Positions 22,083 through 32,800 of a stretch of 49,000 nt of DNA are shown in pieces (position 1 is the first letter of the stretch; every line of letters starts with the position of its first letter). Source of the DNA: an uncultured virus (IMG/VR IMGVR_UViG_3300005239_001603) (lineage: Duplodnaviria; Heunggongvirae; Uroviricota; Caudoviricetes). A program made the translations under genes and the position numbers. The notes beneath the pieces are model-generated. The model ran no database searches. It saw nothing but the letters and a program-made list of their open reading frames with translations, and was not told the DNA's origin. The DNA lies in the IMG/VR virus record IMGVR_UViG_3300005239_001603; one strand, written 5' to 3'.

Positions 22083-23838
22083 TTAACCAGCAGAGTTTCC
22101 GTCGCTTTCAATATACTGCCGAATTAGAGCTTCATGACCAGCATCAATGTCGTGACCAGTATTACTCTTAACATGAACTACAGAATTATTAAGGTATTTG
22201 TAGAGATATATGTTGGAGTAAGATGAATACTGTACACCTTGAGGATCTCCTAGTTGATCTCCAGTATAACCTTGAGATGTGGCAAGAAGATATGCACCAA
22301 ATTGCGAATCAAAGAACGTAGTACCAGCAACACCTCCCAATCCACCATTATAAGGAATAACCCCATCATTGGTATTTGCAATAGTCATAATATTTCTACC
22401 AGTTGGAGGAGTTATTGGTAGAGTATAACCATACCGCTCATTTGCAGATCCAGTAGATTCGTTGGTTGGGGGTCTATACCAAACAAAATTGTCCCATTGA
22501 TTAATGTGAAGAGCGGATACTACAGAAACTACTGTAGTTACACCAGCATCATTTAATTCTAAGAATGCCCTAAGTGCTAAAGCCGCACCATTAGATACAC
22601 CAAGAATTCGGAATTTATCACCAGCAACGTTACTATATTGCCTAAGATTTCTAATCAACTGAATTAGAAAATCTATATCAGGTGCTTTACTCTCATCAAC
22701 AATATTCCATGCATTACTATACCCAGTAGGTGCTACTAAAATATCTCCAGGAAGAACGCTCCTCCATCTATTTACAGTATTACTACCATTACCACCACTA
22801 CCATGTAACAAGATGGTTACAGGCAATTGTGAGGGCAGTGGGGGTTCACCTTCAGAGGGGTCTGCAGGCAGACTAACTACAGAATCATAATTAAAATTAG
22901 TTGCTTCGGACCAAGTTTTGGTAATTCTGAGAATATCAGTATTACTAAGAGGTGCTACAGGACCTCCTGTTGGACTATCAACGCCTTCCTCTGGCCAAGT
23001 TCTCTGTTCTTTAGTTGTAGGTCCAAAAATATATGGGTAGACTGGAAGATTATTTTCGTCTAGTGAAAGAAAATATGCATACGTTCCATTTGGATATTCT
23101 GGAGTTTGGCAAAATCTACCATTATGTTCATCCAAGTCTCCAAAACCATTTACATATTCATAGTCTTGAACAAAACTTCCTGCAGTATACTGCTGATAAC
23201 TATATTGCCTTCCATCTGCAGGTGTTGTTAAAATTCTGAAAGATGACTTTAATTTTTTTGTTCCACTCGTTCTATCCTCAACACTATCATATCCAAAAGG
23301 ACCATAAATTGGATATCCATCAAAACAAAATCCTACAATTTTTGAGTGTCCGTCTGGATGCCTAAAGAAATTACCTTTATGTTGAGTGGCACTATAATAT
23401 ACATTAGATTGTATTAAATCATTGCCCCAACAATTCACAAGAAAACTGCCAGAGCGATAGTGATACTCACCATTTTGCTCTGCATGTCCGCCACACGCAT
23501 CACACCATATACACTCTCATTAAATACGGCATTCCAATTAAACCCAGCAGCAGAAAACTGTCTGTCCAGGCAACGGACCAGGACCAGCAGAAGATTAAAT
23601 AAAACTACCCCATTTAATGCTACACCTTGAGCACCTAGAGTAGTTGCTTGAGGATTTTCAGTATTAGTTCCTGCCCTAATAGTAAATGCATATAATCCAT
23701 CTTGACTATCTACAGTATTGGGATTATTGGAAATTTCCAGATCCAAGTGGGGTCCCATACAAAGCAGGTCAGGGAGCTGATCAGTAGTAACTGTCAGCAC
23801 CCCGTTTCTAATACTGCTGTGGTATCAGATTGCGGCAT
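22083..23838 (-). CDS. YHYH-like domain fused to a C-terminal alpha/beta-hydrolase (LpqC/PHB-depolymerase-like serine esterase), ~585 aa; 5' part broken by several 1-nt deletions
   Basis: ATG at 23838 (MPQSDTTAV). ORFs 23435..23800 and 22083..23438 join after frameshift repair (GVALNGVVLFNP...YGVDACGGHAEQNGEYHYRSG...GHSKIVGFCFDGYPIYGPFG). The C-terminal ~280 aa has ILLHGSGG, LVAPTG...W, DIDF, GVSNG, NTNDGVIPY.GG and TGH. Confidence 0.82.
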
Positions 23839-23857
23839 TGTATACGAACCTTTTTAA

Positions 23858-23865
23858 TATTTATG
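23858..23865 (-). promoter_or_regulatory. Late promoter variant CATAAATA overlapping the stop codon of the giant gene
   Basis: Plus-strand tatttatg at 23858-23865, 20 nt upstream of the ATG at 23838. Confidence 0.62.
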
Positions 23866-26800
23866 ATCCACTCACCCAAACGTTGGATGTATCTGACGTT
23901 CGTGTAGTTGCAAAATCAGTTAGTGTAGTAGGAGTTTGGGTGGGGTCGGATGGACCTTGACCTGCGATGTCTCCACTATTGATATTGCTAAGATCTTCTG
24001 GTGCGATCTGCTGAATCTCAGGATCAATAATTTCCTGTGAGAAGAATGGTTCCTCTCCATATAGTGTAATATCTGGACTTGTCCAGTCATCGGGAAATGA
24101 TGTGAGAACATCAATTTCAGGATATCCATAACCAGAACCAGGATTGGTAGTGTCTACACGAGAGACACCCACCAGAGCTTTAATCTCTGCATCAAAACCA
24201 GAAGATGAATCAATCCGAACTGTTGGGCGAGCAGTATATCCAGAACCAGGATTAGTTACCTGAACTCCGTTAACTCTTCCCTTGAGAATGTTAGCAGTAC
24301 CTTGAGCGTCACGACCAAACACGGATCCGATATATTCAAATGTTACTAGAGTATTTGCAGATTCAATAACTGCAACCTCTCTATCTACATTTTCACCTTG
24401 AATTTGCAGTAAGTCTCCAGATTCAATTGGAGGTACAACCTCGGATCTTGTAACGTCTGCATCAGAACCAATGTAAGCAAATCCAACAAATGTGGATCCT
24501 ACACGAGGAATCTCTTTGAAAATGACACGAGAACCGACTAATTCAAAACCAACATCAGGTTCCTGAATAACACCATTGAGAGAGATAATAATATTATTAT
24601 CTGCGATAATAGATTCAGTCTCCTGAACACCTTCCGTAAGCGCGAGCGAGTAGAAAGTTCCATCCCGCTTGAGGTTAAAGGACGAACGCAAGGAGTCAAA
24701 CTCAAAGCTAATATCATCCAGTTGACGCATTTTACCAAGATAGAATCCAGTGAAGGAAGAACCCAGCGTAGGTGCTTCATTGAACAAGATAGTATCAGAG
24801 AATGCGGTATAAGATCCAGCAGCACCAGGAGGTTGTAGGATACCATTGACAAAGATCATCATATGACCTTCGGCATCTGGGAAGTATGGAGTACCATTAT
24901 TCTCAGTCAGTTTGAATGATGTTTGCGTACCATCAAATCCTACAAAGTATCTGCTAGTTCTACCTTGAATATCAATCTTCTCATATGCTGCTGCTATATA
25001 TCCAGCGTCAGAGACCACCGTATCATTGCCACTAAAGGTGCCAACAACATCTGCGAGATATACACGTCTACTTAGACCAATTTGATCAATACGAGTGATT
25101 GTTCCATACGCTACAGTAGTCTGATTAACAGTCGTGGAAACTTGCCCGAAGATTCTAGGAGTCTGAGTATTGCCTAACGGATACTGCGCTACGTTTTGAC
25201 CATTCTGGAAGACAGAAGTGCCAATCGGAGAGACATATAGGTAGTTGTTAGCATCATCCCATCCAGTAACATATCCATATGCACCTTGGAAGATTTGAGA
25301 TAGATTTGAGTTTGCTTGATATACAAGATCACCAACAACGAAATCTGAAGATGCAAAACTACCAGCCAAGGAAATACCCAACCTAGTATATCCAGTAGCA
25401 ACAATGTTATCACCAACATCAATGCCAGTTGGAATACCAGGATGAACAATCAAGTCCAAGAATATTCTCGTCTGATCTGGATAAATTACTGAGGTATCTT
25501 CAAAAGTACCTTCAAGAGACTCAGTGTCAAGAGTTAGTCTTCCTCCAGTATTGTTGGTAACAGCACCTCTGTTACTGATATAGTTTAAGGTATCTGCTTT
25601 AGATCCTGAAGTATATCCTTTGAATGGATATCCAGCAGTAAATCCAATACCATTGACCAAATCAATAACCTGAAGTCTATCAGTAGAAACTTGAATACCC
25701 GCGTTAGTTAAAGTATCAACTTCTAAAGTAATATTATTACCTCCACCATTACCCATACTGACATCTTGGAGTGTTAGCACATCTCCGACTTGGTAACTAG
25801 TACCACCAGCATCAATGATAACGTTTGCTGCTCCAGTATCATCAACGGAAACCGTAAATGATGCGCCGCTTCCATTACCACCAATAGAAGATACTGTATA
25901 AGAACCTTGTACTCTGTTGACATCTGCACCCGCGTTAGTCAAATTAATGAATGAACCAACTAAGTCAGTACCACCCTCAAGATTTGTTCCTGCAGCTGCA
26001 CCAGTCAAACCATCATAGAGACTGAAAGTTCCTCCAGTAACAACAACATCCATGTATCTGAAGTTCTCATCTGCATACAGAGAATAAATTGTTCCCGTAT
26101 TTGCAGCATTTCCAGTAGTCTGAACTGTCTCACCCAGAGCAAAGTCTGCAAGAGCAGTACCAAGATTTACTTGATCTGCATTAAACTTAAATCTCTTATA
26201 AATGGCCGCGACAGTAGACTCATTAAAGGTAATTTTCTCAATTTCACCTTGAGTGTTAGATGATAGTCCGTAGAAGAAATCTGCACTATCAAGTTTTTTG
26301 GTTAGAGAAACTGGGACATTTCTAGAGTTACCCTGAACATATGTTTGATTTGGAACAGTGATTCCAGAAATCTTAGGTACTGTGAGCCAGTATTCACTGT
26401 CTTTCAGTTGCTCCCTATAGAGATTAAAGGTATTACTGAATCTCAACATCGTGGAGGCAGTAGTATAATTTTCAGTTAGTTGAAGATCATAATTTGGAAT
26501 GGTTCCCGATTCCAAAGCAGGGTTGACTTGAGTATTATTGAGTTGAAGTTCAATCAAATCTTCTGTCTTATCAATCATGAATTTCTTGATGTTATATTCA
26601 TCACTGACATACAGTCCTTCACCACTAACAGAGGTATAGATATCCAGACCTCCTTTATTGAGTTTAGCACCCCAAATATAAGAACCTGAAGTACCATCAC
26701 CCTCCGAACCAGTACCAGCTAAAGTACCACTGTTGTTCAACATATATTCTTTGATATCTAACTGAGAGATACCAAAGGGAACTTGGATAGTGATGAATGG

Positions 26801-29800
26801 GCGGAACCAACCAAATCCATAAGGTTTGACACCCCAATCAATACCTTTCCTTGCTTCCGAGTCAGCAAAACTGGTGGAACTCGTTATGTTGTCACCAACA
26901 ATAACGTTACCATTAACAAACAGTGAAGGTCCAACAGCACCAGTTACAGCATCCCAAGTAAATTCTGCCTTATCGGTAGCACTCCAGGCAATACTATGAC
27001 GGAACTTAAAGAACTCATCTTGCTTAACGAAACAAGACCAGGTGTAAGTTTGGAAGGAGATGTTAGCACCTTCGTCAAGAGTATTAGTAGTGTCGTCAAA
27101 GGTGATTGAATCATCATCAAAAGTATCAAATGAAGGTAGAGAATAAGTTCTTTCTATAACCTTAGCAGTAGTATTATTTCCAGGAATATACTTGTCTGCA
27201 GTATTAGTCTTATCGGGAGCTATAGTCTGATCAGCAACTACAGTACCACCAGTTACAGTCCAACCGCCAGCACCAAACTCTTCTCTTTCACCAGCAGGCC
27301 AAATATTGACTGCAGAAGTTTCATTTTCTACAGGCGAATCTATAAAGATTAAACTATCAATAGTTGATGTATTGTTAAATTTGCTTTGTGCAACAGGACC
27401 TTGAATGGCGTCAGATGTAGCTGAAATAAATTGATGTGTATAATTACCACCAGCAATTACAGCATTAGCAGTAGCACTAATGAATGTGTGAGCTTCTCCT
27501 GCTGCAGATCCTGCATTTCCAACATTTAGCGTGATAGTTCCGTCTTGATGATCTAAAGCATTATCAAGGGCGTATTTGAAGATATGGACAGAAGTATTTG
27601 AAGAAACACCAACATTAACATCAAACTGATCATCAGTAACATTAGATACCGTCAACCACTTGTAGCTGAAAGGATCCGAAGAACGAGGATATGCATGCTC
27701 GGTTACATCATTATCTAAACCACAAGTAAATACGATAGACTCATCTTCTATTCTGATCTTATCTCCATTAACGAAGGAATTGCCAACTACAGTGAGTGTA
27801 AGAACTCCAGTACTAGGAACATATACAGCATCATCAATATCAAATGAATCAGTACCAACAGCATCTATATTGATTGTAGTTCCTGCATAAGGATCGGATC
27901 CAGAACGAGGATATGTCTCGTTAGAAACATTACCATCAGAGGTACAAGTAAATGTGAGAGAATTATCTGCAAGTCGGATTGAAGTGTTCTCAAACAAATC
28001 ATGATTGCCGATATTGAGTACTAATACACCATTTCCAGCATCATATGTTGTGCCAGCTCCGACATTGTAATTGACGGTAGGTGATGCTCCAACGTTTACT
28101 GTTATGGTATCAGTAGTTACTGCAGTAATTGCAAGTTTTTCTTTGTATGCTGGATCAGTTTGTCTTGGATACTTATTGTAACTATTGTAGTTATCAGAAG
28201 AGCATGTAAATGTCAGAGAATTTGGTGTGATGAAAATGCCATCACTGGTAGTAAGACCATGATCGGAACTAGTAATAACAAGGTCACCACTAGTAGGATC
28301 GTATGTAGCATTTTCTACCTCGTATGGAGCAGAAACTACATCTGGAGTAGTGATGTTATCATAAAGTGCATCCTGCACAAACTGATCCAACCAATAATCC
28401 TTACCAAATTCAACGAATGTCCAATTGACACCTACAGGATTCGCATTGTTATTTACATCACTTTCATCTGGAGTAGCATCAATAACAGTTCCACTCAAGT
28501 GTGTAGGTGCTATAGAACCAGAGGTTTCTGTATTCTGTGCTTGATAGAGATATGGACCGCTACTAATAATGGATCCTGCAACGTATGCTCTATCAGTGAC
28601 CCATTGTCCAGTAGAAGTTTTCCATACATCACCCCAATCTCCAAGAACAATTTGTCTAAGTTCGGTATCAATATATTCTCTACCGAACATAACCTGCTGA
28701 TTAGAAGAACGAGCAGATTCACTTCCAGGAGCAAGGATCTCAATAATTGTAGAAATTAGAGTATCAATAGCAGATCTTACATTAGTACAGTCTCTAGATC
28801 CATAGTTGTTCGTATCTCCATCATCGGTGCTATCAGTAATAGTACCATCAGTATATGCACTTTCTAATGTAAATCTAGGAACATAGAATTCAAATCCAAG
28901 TGATCCATCACCAGTATTCTGTAGGAGGTTGTTTACCGCCTTCTTACAAAGGAAACCTACACGCTCAATTGCCTCTACAGTAGGTGCAATCTGATCTTCA
29001 ACGTGATTAATCTTATTATTAGAATCAAGATATAGTTTTGCTGCTTCAACAGTACTATAGTTGCCACCAACTAACAAGTCAGAAACAATAGACTTGACAA
29101 TTTCCTCCATATCACGAACACATTTTGCTTTTCCGTCAATGTCACCACCAGGATAGTCAAACGTCTTAATTGTGATACCACCAGAGTTGACATAACTAAA
29201 CTCTTCTTGCATTAGACCAACTGCTTCTTCAGCAATATAAGTCTGGTTAAAGATCAAAAGATCTCCAGCATCACGGAACCTATCTCCCGTAGGAGCAAGA
29301 GTTTCATTAATCAGATCTGCCAAAGTATCAATAGCAGACTTAACATCAGCACATCCACCAGGATCATTAGTGATTCCTGCAGGAGGAATTACAACACGAT
29401 CGGAGTAATTTGCGACTAAAGTTCCGTCAATTGCTGCCTTAGCATAGAATGCTAGGCGTTCATGAGCGTAAAGCGACTGCAAGAGTTGTAGACGGATGAA
29501 TAGAATCTCACCCTCTGCTCCTAAGTAGAACTTGAATGCAGTTACTGTATTACCTGATCCACCAAATTCAATATCATCTGCGATAGAATTAAGTAACAGA
29601 GTAAGGTCAGTTTTGCATCTTAGGGTTCCTAGAGTAGAAGCACCATTAGCATTTCTTGGCATATCCAAAGCGAGTTCTGGATAGCGAGCTAGCATATCTC
29701 CTGCAGTTTCATCAACGATAGTTCCAGCGTTAGCACGGATCAAAGTAGCAGCATCTTTAAATCTATTCTGAGAATCGGGCCAAAGTTGAGTTGATACAAA

Positions 29801-32800
29801 CAGATCAGAATCTGCAAATTCTTTATCGCAAGTAAATTCAGATACAATAGCAGAGTCAACTACTCCAGATCCATGTAAACTAGTTGGAGCAACCCGAGTT
29901 ACAGTACCAAGATGATCTACGGGACTAGCAAGATTTGCCTGCTCAATAGTATCTGAAATAATATCAGCATAAATCGTGATTGCCGAAGCGACGTTGGCAC
30001 AGTATGGAGAAGACGAGTCTCTAGTGATAGTTGCATCTACAACTTGTGTTAGACCATGATCACCAGTAATAGTAAGAAGATCGCCACGCATTACTGAGAT
30101 TGCAAAGTCGCGAACCTTATCAACTGCCCATACTGTCTCACCCTCTTCACCAGCAACATGATTGATTACTACATTTGAAGGATCAGTACGATCAACATAA
30201 TTGGCCGCGGCATCCCATGACTTACTGTTTCCAGTATTTCTCAAGTCATAGGCGATAGAGTCAACCCAAAGACCAGCATCTCTCAGGCAATATGCATAGG
30301 AAGGATGAGTTCTATCTAAAGTAGCGGTAGAACTTGGATATGTTACTGCATCAGATCCACCTGGATCGGATAGTGTATCGGTAACAATTTTAGTGAGAGC
30401 AGTAATTCTGTCCTCGGCAGCAGTATAACCTTCGTAGATGAATGGAATGTTAGTATTTTCTGTTTGAGTAAGACCGTGAGATCCTGTAATAGTAACTGTT
30501 GTATTATTAATGATATCCTTAGCAATATCTCTTGCCTTATTGAATACACTAATAGAAGCAGCAGTTACACCTGTCAGGTGTTGAATTGCTNNNNNNNNNN
30601 NNNNNNNNNNNNNNNNNNNNNNNNNNNNNNNNNNNNNNNNNNNNNNNNNNNNNNNNNNNNNNNNNNNNNNNNNNNNNNNNNNNNNNNNNNNNNNNNNNNN
30701 NNNNNNNNNNNNNNNNNNNNNNNNNNNNNNNNNNNNNNNNNNNNNNNNNNNNNNNNNNNNNNNNNNNNNNNNNNNNNNNNNNNNNNNNNNNNNNNNNNNN
30801 NNNNNNNNNNNNNNNNNNNNNNNNNNNNNNNNNNNNNNNNNNNNNNNNNNNNNNNNNNNNNNNNNNNNNNNNNNNNNNNNNNNNNNNNNNNNNNNNNNNN
30901 NNNNNNNNNNNNNNNNNNNNNNNNNNNNNNNNNNNNNNNNNNNNNNNNNNNNNNNNNNNNNNNNNNNNNNNNNNNNNNNNNNNNNNNNNNNNNNNNNNNN
31001 NNNNNNNNNNNNNNNNNNNNNNNNNNNNNNNNNNNNNNNNNNNNNNTCCTTGGAACATCCCAGTTGCAGGAGTGTATGTGGTGGTATACCTTGCAGTGCT
31101 AGAAATTCTGATTTCATCCATATACCCAGCAAACGCATTTGCATTTGCATAATCAGCACCAATCTTAATTGGTTTTGCTATATGGGTATTGGAGTCCGAA
31201 CCGTTAGCTACTTGAGCACCATCAATAAACATCTTGATAGTGTTACTTGATCTGGTAATCGCAATACTAGTCCAAGTGTCCTGAGCAATAGTTCCTGCAG
31301 CAAGAAGATCACTTCCGTTAATATTATACCGAAGTTGACCATTTTGCAAATATAGTCTAACTGCAACTTCTGAGGCAGAAGCAGCACGGAAGTCCAAAAG
31401 TGTAGCAGTTCCAGTTAAAGCAGATGCACTAGCATAAATTTGTGCCTCAATACTAAAGTCATTAGTTGAGAATGCAAAATCACTATTGCTAGGGATGTCA
31501 ACGTAAGCAGTTCCATTCAGGTACAACGAACCTGCTCCAAATTTCTTCTGAAGAGAAGAGACAATCGCGCCATTTCCTGCAATTGGTACATGAAGATCAG
31601 TTGCACGTCTAGCAACCTTACCTAAGTACAAATACCCACGAGCATAGTTAGTACCAATGACTTCAGCAGTAGCATTCTCACTACGAATACGATCACCAGA
31701 AAGTATCAATCCATCAGGAGCATAATATGCTGGATTGTATGCCAATTTATAAACCCTTACAGTCTCACCGTCAACCAGGTCACCGTTAAGATTAGAGTAG
31801 TTTATAATATTATTTCTAAGTTGTTCTTCAATAGTAAAGTCGCTTGTCGCATTTTCATACTCAAGAACCAAATTACTTACTACTTCCGAATTTGGGAATT
31901 TTGTATTAAATTCAACTGCAGAATCATTAATGTCAGTCAACTGCAACTGAGTTTGAGAAATATTATCCAGAACAACGTTTTGGAAATCAACACTCGTGAT
32001 TCTATTGAATACGATACCGAAGAAAGATGATCCTTCGGAGATAATAACTTGATTATTTGCAGCTCCAGTTACAGGGTCTCTATATGACTGAATACCAGTG
32101 ATCTCAGCAACAATTCCACTTTGCTGTCCAATGATAATATCACCAATGACAATATCAAAGACGCCAGGAGACGATTGATACGTGCCAGCAGTTTTACTCA
32201 GTACAACTTTGTTTCCAACTTCAATAGTAGTACCAAAAACATTACTGTTAGTTTGGTGTCCGACTACAGCTGTACCATCAGCACCCCTATTTGCGACTAC
32301 TGTGTTTCCAGTAATACTTACAACGGAGAATCTTTCAGAATCAATTTGATAAACACCACCAACATCAGCTACAATCGTGAGAGTTGCATCATTATTACCA
32401 GCAGCAAGTGTTACAACTTCTCCGATATTATAACCAGATCCGAAATTCTTAATTTTGACTGATGCAACAGTACCATCACCATTAGCATCAACTTCAATAG
32501 TCAATCCAGTTCCACTACCACCTGTAGTAGCAATTCCGTCAATATCATCAGAATATCCAGAACCAACACTTGCGATAGAAACATCAGACAACTTATATCC
32601 ATCAGCAACATCAAATGTGGTGCCAGTGGCAGATAGACCATTAGGAATAGTTGACAGAACTATACCATTATTACCTTCAAGGTTTACTTCTTCAATAGTA
32701 GCAGTATCATTTCTTAAGTTTTCAATCTCTTCTTTGAATTGGAAGAGATTTTGAGGAGTAATATCTGTAATAGTCGCTAAATCACCTGAGAATCCAGTAG

